A DNA stretch of 63,868 nt, filler included, from an uncultured Planctomycetales bacterium (GTDB taxonomy: Bacteria > Omnitrophota > Gorgyraeia > Gygaellales > Profunditerraquicolaceae), in the NCBI GenBank assembly GCA_964487475.1. It is 4 parts of 4 records of this genome, joined end to end, with 100 filler letters (N's around TTAATTAATTAA, not from the genome) between each part and the next. Parts side by side here need not be neighbours in the genome. Positions count along the whole stretch, not along the records: positions 1 to 22,089 come from CAZAPM010000019.1; 3 more parts are not named here. One strand, 5' to 3'. A model generated the notes under the pieces. That model searched no databases, was not told the DNA's origin, and saw only the letters and a list, made by a program, of their open reading frames with translations. Below, in pieces: positions 1 to 8,824 of the stretch (position 1 is the first letter of the stretch; each line of letters starts with the position of its first letter). The translations under genes were made by a program, and so were the position numbers.

Positions 1-3
1 CCC

Positions 4-44
4 GGGGTGGCCCCCTTACGGGCGCCCCCTTTCGGGGCGTCCCT
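4..44 (-). repeat. Degenerate copy of the GGGAC triple-unit repeat (family A)
   Basis: ggggtggccccc..gggcgccccc..ggggcgtccct aligns with 47738-47780; contains the cobU stop codon. Confidence 0.65.
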
Positions 45-558
45 GAAGCTTGAGGGGAAGGCCGGCGAAGAGCAGGTAAACCTCATCCGCAGACGAAGCG
101 ACCAGCTGGTTCATCCTTCCGGCTATATCCCTGAACTCCCGGGCCATGGCGTTCTCCGGCACCACCGCCATCCCCACCTCATTGGTCACGATCACCACCT
201 CGGCCTTCGCGCGCGCGGCAGCCTTGACGATATCCCGCACCTGCTGCGCGATCCCCTTCTCCTTCATCCCCTGCAAAAACAGATTGGATATCAGCAGCGT
301 CAGGCAATCGATCAGGACCACATCGCACTCCGCACCATGCGCCCTCACCGCTTTTGCCGCATCGTCAAACGCCTCTACGGTCTTCCATCCCTTCGGCCGC
401 TGCCCCCGATGCGCCCGGATCCGCGCGCGCATCTCGTCATCCAAAGGCTCGCAGGTCGCCACATACGCCACTTTCTTCCCGCGTTTTTTCGCCCGGGCCG
501 CGGCAAAGGAACTCTTACCGCTTCGCGCGCCGCCTAGTACCAGTACCAGTCTTCCCAT
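16..558 (-). CDS. cobU: Adenosylcobinamide kinase/adenosylcobinamide-phosphate guanylyltransferase
   Basis: GGARSGKS P-loop, RIRAHR, DCLT, VTNEVG, FRDIAG motifs. Confidence 0.95.
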   Translation of the reverse strand: MGRLVLVLGGARSGKSSFAAARAKKRGKKVAYVATCEPLDDEMRARIRAHRGQRPKGWKTVEAFDDAAKAVRAHGAECDVVLIDCLTLLISNLFLQGMKEKGIAQQVRDIVKAAARAKAEVVIVTNEVGMAVVPENAMAREFRDIAGRMNQLVASSADEVYLLFAGLPLKLQGRPERGRP

Positions 559-1150
559 GCAGATGCTCCGTATCGTTCAACCGCACGATCATCGGCTTTC
601 CGTCGCGGTACGCCACCACCGTCAAACTGGCGGACCGGGGGATATGCTCCCAGAATTTTTTCGACTTGAGCAGATGCGTCACGAACACGCTGATCGTCCC
701 TCCGTGGCAGACCACCGCCACGGTCTTGCCGGGATGCCGGCGCACGATCCGCCGCATCCCCTGCATCACCCGTTTCCTGAAAATACTCAAACTCTCCCCT
801 TTGGGGATCGCCACGTCAAAGGGATCGTCAAGCCACTTCCGGTATATCCGGGGATGTTTCTTAAGTATCTCCTCATGGGTCAACCCTTCGAATACCCCGA
901 AATGCATCTCCCGCAACAACCCCTCCTGCACCACCTCGCGCCCCCGGAACGCAATGGCCGCGGTCTGGAGCGCCCTGAGCCGGTCGCTCGCATAGACCAC
1001 ATCCACCTTCTTGCGCGCCATGCGGCCGGCGAGTTTTTTTACCTGCGTCCTGCCTTTACGGCTCAACCCCACGTCCAGAAAACCGCAGTACCTGCGGGCG
1101 GCATTATGCTCGGTCTGTCCGTGGCGGATCAAAAGCACCCTGGTCGTCAT
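515..1150 (-). CDS. cobC: Histidine phosphatase, likely alpha-ribazole phosphatase
   Basis: LIRHGQT, LRE.HFG, HGG motifs; lies in corrinoid operon. Confidence 0.8.
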   Translation of the reverse strand: MTTRVLLIRHGQTEHNAARRYCGFLDVGLSRKGRTQVKKLAGRMARKKVDVVYASDRLRALQTAAIAFRGREVVQEGLLREMHFGVFEGLTHEEILKKHPRIYRKWLDDPFDVAIPKGESLSIFRKRVMQGMRRIVRRHPGKTVAVVCHGGTISVFVTHLLKSKKFWEHIPRSASLTVVAYRDGKPMIVRLNDTEHLHGKTGTGTRRRAKR

Positions 1151-1944
1151 CTGCGGTCATCCTCCGGCACCGGCACCACGTACGGCTTGCCGTTCATCGG
1201 GTTGTCATGCACCACCACCACCGTATTATACGCCTTCTCGATATTCTGATAGGTCAGCACTTCCACCGGGTCCCCCTCCGCGTACACCTTCCCCTCATGC
1301 AGCAGCACGACGCGCGTGCAATACTCCGCCGCCAGGTTCAGGTCATGCACGATCATCACCACGGTGAGTTTCCGGGAACGGTTCAATCCCCTGAGCATAT
1401 CCATGATCTTGATCTGATGGCCGATATCCAGATGCGAAGTCGGCTCGTCCAGCAGGAGCAATGACGGCTCCTGCGCCAATGCCCGGGCAATGATTACCCG
1501 CTGCCGCTCCCCCGCGCTCAGCGCATTGACATCCTTATCTTTGAGCGCCAGCGTATCCGTCAACGCCATCGCCTCCCGGATCAAGCTCCTGTCCCTGGGG
1601 CTCATCGATTGCAGCCTGGTCTGGTGCGGGATCCTGCCCATGGAAACCATCTCCCACACCGAAAAAGGGAACGCCACAGAAGTATCCTGGGGCACGAACG
1701 CCACCTTCCGGCAAAACTCTTTCGCCGGGATCCCCACGACCTCCCGCTCCCCCAGATACACCCCGCCGTGCCGGTACGGCAGGAGCCGGGCCATAAAACG
1801 CAGCAGCGTGGATTTCCCCGACCCGTTCGGACCGATCACCCCCAGGAACCCGCCCTCCTCCACTCCCACCGATACCCCGTGCAGCACATCCGCGCTCCCG
1901 TACCCTCCGAACAGCGAACGCACTTCCAGCGCAAAGGACGGCAT
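1147..1944 (-). CDS. Corrinoid ABC transporter ATP-binding subunit (BtuD-like)
   Basis: GPNGSGKST, LSAGERQR, LLLDEPT, HDLNLAA; start moved to the ATG overlapping the permease stop. Confidence 0.9.
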   Translation of the reverse strand: MPSFALEVRSLFGGYGSADVLHGVSVGVEEGGFLGVIGPNGSGKSTLLRFMARLLPYRHGGVYLGEREVVGIPAKEFCRKVAFVPQDTSVAFPFSVWEMVSMGRIPHQTRLQSMSPRDRSLIREAMALTDTLALKDKDVNALSAGERQRVIIARALAQEPSLLLLDEPTSHLDIGHQIKIMDMLRGLNRSRKLTVVMIVHDLNLAAEYCTRVVLLHEGKVYAEGDPVEVLTYQNIEKAYNTVVVVHDNPMNGKPYVVPVPEDDRR

Positions 1945-2909
1945 CAGCGTATCTCCTGGGACCGTTTCAGCAGCCAGATGAACACCGGCGCTCCGACGCA
2001 TGCGGTGATCACGCCGATAGGGATCTCCATGGGAGCGAACACCGTACGGGATACCAGATCGCACGCCACCATGAACGCCGCGGATGCCACTGCCGCGGCG
2101 GGAATAAGCGCCTTATGATTCGGGCCGACCACCATGCGCATGGCATGCGGCACCACCAGCCCCACGAACCCGATGATCCCGCACACCGCCACCAGCCCTG
2201 CGGTCATAAATGAGGTCACAAAAAAAAGCAGCCGCTTGGTCCTCTCGTAATCGATCCCCAGACTCTGCGCCGCCTCCTCGCCCAGACTGATGGCGTTAAG
2301 GTCCTGCGCCAGCACATAGATCCAAATGCAGCCGGCGACCACCGCCGCCGTCACCAGAGAAAGCAGCTCTACGTCATACACCTGGGTACTGCCCCACAGC
2401 CACCACATCGCGCCGTGCAGCGCTTCATTGCTGGAGATGGAGATCAAAAACACGATCACCCCCGAACAGGCGATGGAGACGATGACCCCGGAAAGCACCA
2501 GGGAATGCAAGGGCACCCTGCCCCCCTGACGGGCCAAAGAGTACACCAGAAAGACCACCGCTACCGCGCCCGCAAAAGAGAACAAGGGCAATCCGAAACG
2601 GTGCATCCCCAGCAGTATCGCCGCCACCGCGCCTAACCCCGCGCCGCTGGAGGTGCCCAGAAGATACGGCTCGGCCAGAGGATTGCGCAGCACCGCCTGC
2701 AGCGCGATCCCGCACACCGCCAGCCCCGCGCCGGCGATAGAGGCCAGCACGACCCGGGCGATCCTCAACTGCAGGATCTGCCGGTGCTCCGGAGCGAACA
2801 ACTCCCGCGAATCCAATCCGCTGGCGCCGGAAAGTATCCCGATCCAGGCCGCGCACACGTAGGCCGCCAGCAGCACGATCATCACCATCAGATGTTTGCG
2901 TTTATTCAT
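1944..2909 (-). CDS. Corrinoid ABC transporter permease (FecCD/BtuC family)
   Basis: LRNPLAEPYLLG, GIIGFVGLVVPH, multiple TM helices. Confidence 0.92.
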   Translation of the reverse strand: MNKRKHLMVMIVLLAAYVCAAWIGILSGASGLDSRELFAPEHRQILQLRIARVVLASIAGAGLAVCGIALQAVLRNPLAEPYLLGTSSGAGLGAVAAILLGMHRFGLPLFSFAGAVAVVFLVYSLARQGGRVPLHSLVLSGVIVSIACSGVIVFLISISSNEALHGAMWWLWGSTQVYDVELLSLVTAAVVAGCIWIYVLAQDLNAISLGEEAAQSLGIDYERTKRLLFFVTSFMTAGLVAVCGIIGFVGLVVPHAMRMVVGPNHKALIPAAAVASAAFMVACDLVSRTVFAPMEIPIGVITACVGAPVFIWLLKRSQEIR

Positions 2910-3741
2910 GGGAAGGATACAACCTCCGGTGAAGCTCCTTTACCGCCAGCGCGACCCTCGGCCCGGGCCGAAGCAGCACATCCGCGTCAAAGTCCTTGAA
3001 CACCCGGCGGTGCTTGACCGCATCGATCACGTCCCATCCCAGCCGGCCGTACACATCGTTGGATTGCTCGTCTCCCACCATATATGCCAGGATGATGAAC
3101 TGCGGGTTGCGGGCGATGACCAGCTCCGGGCTGAAATAGGTGAACGGCTTGGCAGTATCCTGCGCGATGTTCACCCCTCCGGCACGGGTCAGGATATCGT
3201 CAATGAAAGAGCCGGGGCCCGCGGTCATGAGCGGATTGTTCCAGTATTCCACGAACACCCGCGGCCGCTGCGCGGGAGGCACCGCAGCCACGGCATCTTC
3301 CACCAGGGCGATCTCCTGTTTCATGGAAGCGACCAGGGAGGAAGCCTGCTCCTGCCTGCCGGTCAATGCCCCGATCTCAAGGATGGAATCATAAAGCTGC
3401 CCGATATTCGCCGGGTCGCTCACGCACACCTTCACTCCCAGCTGCCGGAATTTCGCGATCACCGGAGACTGCTCCAGGCCGGTGCAGAAGATCACATCGG
3501 GCTTCAGGGAAAGGATGGTTTCGACGCTGGGATCGCTGAAAGTCCCCACTTTCGGCTTGGACTTCGCAGCTTCGGGATAATTGCAGAACGTGGTCACTCC
3601 CGCCACCTCATGGTCCAGCCCCAGGGCGAAGAGTATCTCGGTCGTGGCAGGCGCCAGGGAGACGTAACGGCCGGCCTGCGCTTCCGCGACGCCCGCCGCC
3701 AGGAATCCCACGGCCAATAATAACTTGCGCAAAGAGAACAT
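2902..3741 (-). CDS. Cobalamin-binding periplasmic protein (BtuF-like)
   Basis: Signal peptide, VSLAPATTEILFALG, CNYP, RPGPR; start at 3741 with GGAG SD, downstream of the riboswitch terminator. Confidence 0.88.
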   Translation of the reverse strand: MFSLRKLLLAVGFLAAGVAEAQAGRYVSLAPATTEILFALGLDHEVAGVTTFCNYPEAAKSKPKVGTFSDPSVETILSLKPDVIFCTGLEQSPVIAKFRQLGVKVCVSDPANIGQLYDSILEIGALTGRQEQASSLVASMKQEIALVEDAVAAVPPAQRPRVFVEYWNNPLMTAGPGSFIDDILTRAGGVNIAQDTAKPFTYFSPELVIARNPQFIILAYMVGDEQSNDVYGRLGWDVIDAVKHRRVFKDFDADVLLRPGPRVALAVKELHRRLYPSHE

Positions 3742-3749
3742 CGGGCTCC

Positions 3750-3794
3750 AAAATAAACAACCCCGGACGCAGCGTTTTCGCTGCATACGGGGCT
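3750..3794 (-). terminator. Intrinsic terminator in the riboswitch expression platform
   Basis: Minus strand CCCCG.ATGCAGCG-AAAA-CGCTGCGT.CGGGG followed by TTGTTTATTTT. Confidence 0.75.
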
Positions 3795-3854
3795 CACCCT
3801 TGCTCTTCTTGCCCTCATCCCGAGGCACACGGAATATATCCGCTTGCTTCATAT

Positions 3855-4008
3855 GCACGGGCAGGTCTTCTGGCTCTCCCCTCACGGCAAATGCCTTCCC
3901 GCCCCAAACCACAGGCAGTGGCGCTTCATCTTGCCGGGTGTCCGTTTCCGGACGGGATTACAGCGGCGGGACCGCGGCTGATTCGCACAGCCTTCCCTTC
4001 ACCCATGC
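3855..4008 (-). ncRNA. Cobalamin riboswitch
   Basis: Minus strand AGGGAA, CCCGCCGCTGTAA, GCCACTG, GGGAAGG and B12 box AGCCAGAAGACCTGCC; upstream of btuFCD-like genes. Confidence 0.93.
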
Positions 4009-4025
4009 TTCAACTTGTTATTGTC

Positions 4026-4054
4026 AGCGTAACCTAAAGCCGTCGCGCTGTCAA
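4026..4054 (-). promoter_or_regulatory. Sigma70-type promoter of the riboswitch leader
   Basis: TTGACA-N17-TACGCT. Confidence 0.7.
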
Positions 4055-4061
4055 GATAAAT

Positions 4062-4565
4062 CTAGAACTCGATCCCCCGGCGGGCCTTGACCCCCCGGTG
4101 ATAGTAGTGCCGGGCATCGGTAATGCGGCTGATCAGATCGGCGCGGGCACAGACGCTTCGGGGCGCATTTCTGCCGGTCAGGACGATCTCCACCTTTTGG
4201 GGAGCGGCCGCAAGCAGCCCGTTGACCTCCCTGGCGGAAACGAGCTTACAGGTGATCGCGGCGCAGATCTCATCCAGCACCACCAGATCGTACGCTCCTT
4301 CGGTAACGGCCTTCCTGGCGCGCTCCAGCCCCTTTCTGGCCGCGTCCTTATCCCCGGCCGTGGGCGTACGGCGCACAAAACACCCCGACCCGAACTGGCA
4401 GACGGTAATACCTTTGAGCCCGCGCAACGCCTTGATCTCGGAAAAACTCCCCCGTTTCAGGAACTGGCAGAAGAACACCCGCATCCCCGCGCCGCTCGCC
4501 CGCAGGGACAGGCCTAACGCCGCCGTGGTCTTCCCCTTGCCGCTTCCCGTGTAAAGATGGATCAT
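4062..4565 (-). CDS. cobO: Cob(I)alamin adenosyltransferase (CobO/BtuR)
   Basis: YTGSGKGKTTAALG, QFLK, LVVLDEI, LTGR, C-terminal RRGIEF. Confidence 0.93.
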   Translation of the reverse strand: MIHLYTGSGKGKTTAALGLSLRASGAGMRVFFCQFLKRGSFSEIKALRGLKGITVCQFGSGCFVRRTPTAGDKDAARKGLERARKAVTEGAYDLVVLDEICAAITCKLVSAREVNGLLAAAPQKVEIVLTGRNAPRSVCARADLISRITDARHYYHRGVKARRGIEF

Positions 4566-5239
4566 CGTGCTTTTCCCCTCGCGAATGTCTCCTTGAAAAC
4601 AAACCTGAAGAACCGCAGCGTATCCTGCCAGGGATCGATCCGGCTCTTCTCATCCCCGTAGACGCTCTTGATGGGCACAGACTCGATACGCACCCCGCAC
4701 CGGGCCGCCTTAAGGATCATCTCCGACTCGATCTCGAATTTCCGGGTATTGAGCTCGCACCGCTCCAGGAGCTTGCGGGTGATCAGGCGCATCCCGCACT
4801 GCGTATCCGGGATCCACTGACCAACCACCAAAGAAAGGAAGAAGGACATCCCCCGGTTCGTGAGCACCCTGATCCACGGCATACCGGTGGGATTTGCCAT
4901 GCGATTGCCGATCACCATCCCGCATTGCGTGGCCTCCTGCCTTAAGAGCAGCCCCTGGATGTCGGAGGGCTGATGCTGCCCGTCCCCGTCCATGGTGATG
5001 ACCGCGTCCACCCCCTGCCGCAGCGCATAGGCAAACCCCTCGGCGAGCGCCGCGCCCTTCCCGGAATTCACCTTGCGGGAGATCACTTCCGACCCCGCTT
5101 CCGCCGCAATAGAGGCCGTGCCATCCCCAGAACCGTCATCCACCACCAGCACGGCAAACCCCATCTGCTTCACTGAGCGGACCAGCGATCCGATAGAAAC
5201 GGCTTCATTATGCGCGGGAACAAGGATCAGGACGTTCAT
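4562..5239 (-). CDS. GT2 glycosyltransferase (DPM synthase-like)
   Basis: PAHNE, VVDDGS.D, MDGDGQH, DTQCG. Confidence 0.9.
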   Translation of the reverse strand: MNVLILVPAHNEAVSIGSLVRSVKQMGFAVLVVDDGSGDGTASIAAEAGSEVISRKVNSGKGAALAEGFAYALRQGVDAVITMDGDGQHQPSDIQGLLLRQEATQCGMVIGNRMANPTGMPWIRVLTNRGMSFFLSLVVGQWIPDTQCGMRLITRKLLERCELNTRKFEIESEMILKAARCGVRIESVPIKSVYGDEKSRIDPWQDTLRFFRFVFKETFARGKAR

Positions 5240-6096
5240 TCGATCCAGAATCTCCTGAACATGAACCACTGGTCGGGATAGGTACGGATAAAAGATTCGA
5301 TGGTATGCGTATATTCCCTGATCGTGGCGCGGACATCCTCCCGGAAATCGCCGGAATGGGACTCGAGGCGCACCGGAGGGCCCAGATGCATCACGAAGGT
5401 ATCGTCAGGCTGGCGGATCATCATCCCGGGGATCAAGGCAGAGCCTTCACGCAGCGCGAAGGCTGCCGGACCGGCGGGAAAAACGGCCTTTTTCCCGAAA
5501 AAAGGCAGGATCTCTCCTTTTCCGGTAAAATCCCTGTCTCCGACCAGTGCGACCAGCTTATTCGCCTGCAACGCCTGCATGCACTGCTTGACCGCTTTCC
5601 CCAGCGGAACCACCACCAGCCCCTTATCCAGCCGCCGACGGTCAAAAAAATCGTTGACCTTCGGGTTGGCGTGCTTCAACGCCACCGCGTACAGGGGCGG
5701 CCGCAGCTGCGCCATGACCAAACCTCCCAACTCCCAGTTGCCCAGATGCGCGGTCAGGAACACGACTCCCTTGCCCTTGGCCAGCGCGGCGTCGACATGC
5801 TCCAGCCCCTCGACGCGGACCTTGCGGCGGATAAACTCGGCGTCTATCCTGGGAAAAAGGAAAAATTCGACCAGGTATTTGGCGAAGTTCCGGAACATCC
5901 TGCGCCGGATCGCACGCAGTTCAGCCGTGCTCTTATCCGGAAAGATCGCCCGCAGGTTCCCCATCACCGCCTTGCGGTCGGACGAAGCGAAAAGGTAATT
6001 GACGTCAGAAAGGAATACCGCCACCGCGTAGGAAAGCCGCAGCGGCAACGCGAAAACAAGCCATTGTCCGAGAAGATAAAGCAGGTAATTACCCAT
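5236..6096 (-). CDS. Lysophospholipid/lipid A acyltransferase family protein (LpxL-like)
   Basis: TAHLGNWE, GDRD, PFFG, YPDQW. Confidence 0.88.
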   Translation of the reverse strand: MGNYLLYLLGQWLVFALPLRLSYAVAVFLSDVNYLFASSDRKAVMGNLRAIFPDKSTAELRAIRRRMFRNFAKYLVEFFLFPRIDAEFIRRKVRVEGLEHVDAALAKGKGVVFLTAHLGNWELGGLVMAQLRPPLYAVALKHANPKVNDFFDRRRLDKGLVVVPLGKAVKQCMQALQANKLVALVGDRDFTGKGEILPFFGKKAVFPAGPAAFALREGSALIPGMMIRQPDDTFVMHLGPPVRLESHSGDFREDVRATIREYTHTIESFIRTYPDQWFMFRRFWIE

Positions 6097-7213
6097 GCGC
6101 AAGATGAAGTAACAGCTTGGCGATATCCATACTGGCGTGCGGTTTGCTGATGTGCGCCGCCGCCTCTTTCATGCGCGACAACGTGTGAGGATATCCCAGG
6201 ATACCGTCGATGATCGCCCCGGTTTCCCGGGGAACATCCAGGTTCACCGCCGCGCCCTTCTGCATCAGGAACGCGGTGTTGTTCATCTCCTGCCCGGGGA
6301 TGGGCTTTAAGACCGCCATGGGCAGATGCTTGGACATCGCCTCGGCGGTAGTGATCCCTCCCGGCTTGGAGATGATCAGGTCTGCAGCGGTCATGAGCTC
6401 GTTGACGTTATGCGCGTATCCGTAGACCAGGGTTTTTTTCGCGTATTTGCGGGCCTTTTTCTTCAGGCTCTTGTACAGTTTCTTATTGGTCCCCGTCACC
6501 ACGATGATCTGCTGCGCGTAACGGGAGGACTCCAGTGATTTGACCACGGTCTTGATCGGGCCCAACCCCTGGCCTCCCCCCATCACCAGCACCGTGGGCT
6601 GCGACGGGTCAAGCCCCAGCTTCTCCATCGACTTCACGCGGTCGACAGGAACATTGAAGGAATGGTTGAACGGGATCCCGTAGGTCTTGATCTTGTGCGC
6701 CGGCACGCCGCGCTGCACCAGCCGCTCCGCCATCTCGTGGGAAGGCGCGATGTAGGCGTCCACGGTATCATAGATCCAATAGGCGTGCGGCACGAAATCC
6801 GTCAGCACCGCCACCAGGGGCAGTTTCGATCCGTAGGTAGCCTTGTAATCCGCCACCATGCCGCAGGGAAACGCCTGCGAACAGGCCACGACATCGGGCT
6901 TGAACTTGTCGAAGAGGCGCTTGAGCTTAGGGCTGTTGAACTGATGCACCCTCTTCTTGATGTGCTCCAGCTTTTTGACCACCACCGGGTTGTCGTAAAG
7001 ATAATCCCAGATCTTGGGCGTGCGCTTGATCACGCTCATGTACAGCCGGTTGACGATCTTTTCGGAAATGGGATTGGTGTAATTGAAGGCGTTGATATTG
7101 AGTATCTCCGTGGCGGGAGCCATCTCCTTGATCGCCTTTTCGATGGCGATAGTGGCGCTGTGATGGCCCGAGACCTCCGAGATGTACATCAGGATGACAC
7201 GCTTAGGGGTCAT
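6089..7213 (-). CDS. MGDG synthase/UgtP-like GT28 glycosyltransferase
   Basis: SGHH, VLTDF..H..W, MGGGQG, SKPGGIT..EA, PIPGQE..N. Confidence 0.88.
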   Translation of the reverse strand: MTPKRVILMYISEVSGHHSATIAIEKAIKEMAPATEILNINAFNYTNPISEKIVNRLYMSVIKRTPKIWDYLYDNPVVVKKLEHIKKRVHQFNSPKLKRLFDKFKPDVVACSQAFPCGMVADYKATYGSKLPLVAVLTDFVPHAYWIYDTVDAYIAPSHEMAERLVQRGVPAHKIKTYGIPFNHSFNVPVDRVKSMEKLGLDPSQPTVLVMGGGQGLGPIKTVVKSLESSRYAQQIIVVTGTNKKLYKSLKKKARKYAKKTLVYGYAHNVNELMTAADLIISKPGGITTAEAMSKHLPMAVLKPIPGQEMNNTAFLMQKGAAVNLDVPRETGAIIDGILGYPHTLSRMKEAAAHISKPHASMDIAKLLLHLAHG

Positions 7214-7215
7214 GC

Positions 7216-8379
7216 TCACACCTTTCCTTCCTTCCAAAGCTCCACCAGCACGTCGGCCACTTCGGGATGGAACTGCTCTCCCTTGAGCCGTCCTATCTCC
7301 TGCACCGCCTCCTCCTTGCTCAATCCCTTGCGGTACGGCCGGTTAGTGGTCATGGCATCGAAGGTATCCGCCACGGAGATGATCGCCGCGATGAACGGGA
7401 TCTGCTCTCCTTTAAGCCCCTCCGGATACCCCTTGCCGTCAAACCGCTCGTGATGGTATTTCACACCCAGGATCACCGTCTCCAGCTCCTTGATCGGCTG
7501 CAGGATGTTCGCTCCCACGCTGGGATGGTCCTGCATCTTCCTGCGCTCTTCCTCGTTCAGGGGGCCGTCCTTGTTCAGGATGGATTCCGGTATCCCGATC
7601 TTGCCGATATCATGCAATAACCCCGCGATCTCCAGCTGTTCCATGAAGGCCACGGGATATTCCCTGCGGTGGCGCTCCTGCAGCCGCTGCGCCAGCTGCC
7701 GGCTTAAGAGGTACACCCGGTTCGTATGCCCGCGGGTATACTGGTCCTTGGCCTCGATGGCCGCGGCCAGGGCGATAGTAGTATCGATAAAAAGCTGCTT
7801 GCGCTTCTTAAGCTCCAGCTGCACTTCCTTGAAGAGCTCGGCGTTCTTAAGCGCCATGGCCACGTCAAGGGAGAGCGCGACCAGGAAATCCAGCTCCTCA
7901 TTGCGGAAAGGGCGGCGGTTCTTCTTATCCCCCAGCATCAGCACTCCCAACAGGTCATTGCGGAAGTACACCGGGATCGCCACCTGCGCGGCGAAGATAT
8001 CCATCTGGTACATGACCTTCTCGTACTGGGGCAGGCACTGGCGGTATGACTTGCGGCACAGCAGGCGCTTTGCCTGGGCCACGGCAAAAGCCCCGCGCGT
8101 GAGGCATTCGCTCTGGGAGCGGTCGGAAAACAGGCGGATAAGCGGATTATCCTTATCCATGCGGGCAAACCCTTCCGGGACCTTGAGCCCTCCCGGACCG
8201 CGGGAGATCATCAGCACATAGGACGCCTGGGAAGGATCGCGCAGGAGCATGGCCGCGTGCGTGACCCTCACGCGGTACGCGGTGGTGCGCAGGATAAGCT
8301 TGATGAGCATGTCCGGGTCATGCACCAGGATCATGCGCTTGGCAGCGGTCTCAAGCTCTTTCTTGTAATCTATGCCCAT
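7216..8379 (-). CDS. GAF + HD-GYP cyclic dinucleotide phosphodiesterase
   Basis: YTRGHT.RV, LLHDIGK, HHERFDGKGYP, RPYR. Confidence 0.92.
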   Translation of the reverse strand: MGIDYKKELETAAKRMILVHDPDMLIKLILRTTAYRVRVTHAAMLLRDPSQASYVLMISRGPGGLKVPEGFARMDKDNPLIRLFSDRSQSECLTRGAFAVAQAKRLLCRKSYRQCLPQYEKVMYQMDIFAAQVAIPVYFRNDLLGVLMLGDKKNRRPFRNEELDFLVALSLDVAMALKNAELFKEVQLELKKRKQLFIDTTIALAAAIEAKDQYTRGHTNRVYLLSRQLAQRLQERHRREYPVAFMEQLEIAGLLHDIGKIGIPESILNKDGPLNEEERRKMQDHPSVGANILQPIKELETVILGVKYHHERFDGKGYPEGLKGEQIPFIAAIISVADTFDAMTTNRPYRKGLSKEEAVQEIGRLKGEQFHPEVADVLVELWKEGKV

Positions 8380-8394
8380 ATGCGGCGAGTGTTC

Positions 8395-8760
8395 CTACCC
8401 CTGCATCTGCTGCAGGACGATCTTTTCCAGCTCTTCCAACACCAGAGGTTTATGCACGTAATTGACCGCACCCAGCTCCAGGCACTGGGCGGAGGACTGC
8501 TCCTCATCGGGCTTGCGGCCGGTCACCATCACCACTTTGACCCCCGCGTTCATCAGCCGGATGCGGCGCAGCGTTTCCACGCCGTCGATTCCCTCCATCT
8601 TGATATCGAGAAGCACCAGCACCGGAGGCTCCTTGCCGATCTTCTCCAGGGCTTCCTCTCCGCTGGCGGCAGTATCCACCGAGATCTTGCGGCGCTTGAA
8701 AAAATTAGCCGCGAACTCCCTGACATCCGCTTCGTCATCCACGATCAGCAGGCCGGCCAC
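8395..8760 (-). CDS. Single-domain response regulator
   Basis: IVDDE, LLDIKM, VTG, KP; GTG start with GGAGGG SD. Confidence 0.92.
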   Translation of the reverse strand: MAGLLIVDDEADVREFAANFFKRRKISVDTAASGEEALEKIGKEPPVLVLLDIKMEGIDGVETLRRIRLMNAGVKVVMVTGRKPDEEQSSAQCLELGAVNYVHKPLVLEELEKIVLQQMQG

Positions 8761-8788
8761 GCATCCCTCCCTTGTTGTATAGAATTGT

Positions 8789-8817
8789 AGAATACCTCGT
8801 ATATTTTATGTTGTCAA
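8789..8817 (-). promoter_or_regulatory. Sigma70-type promoter of the RR/HD-GYP/glycolipid operon
   Basis: TTGACA-N17-TATTCT in an AT-rich gap. Confidence 0.75.
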
Positions 8818-8824
8818 CGGTTGC

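Noticed and set aside
3742..3912. Long N-terminal extension of BtuF in the ORF track (likewise 33475-35424, 37712-39031, 56084-57925)
   Set aside because: Extensions overlap the riboswitch or upstream genes; downstream starts with SD or stop/start coupling fit better
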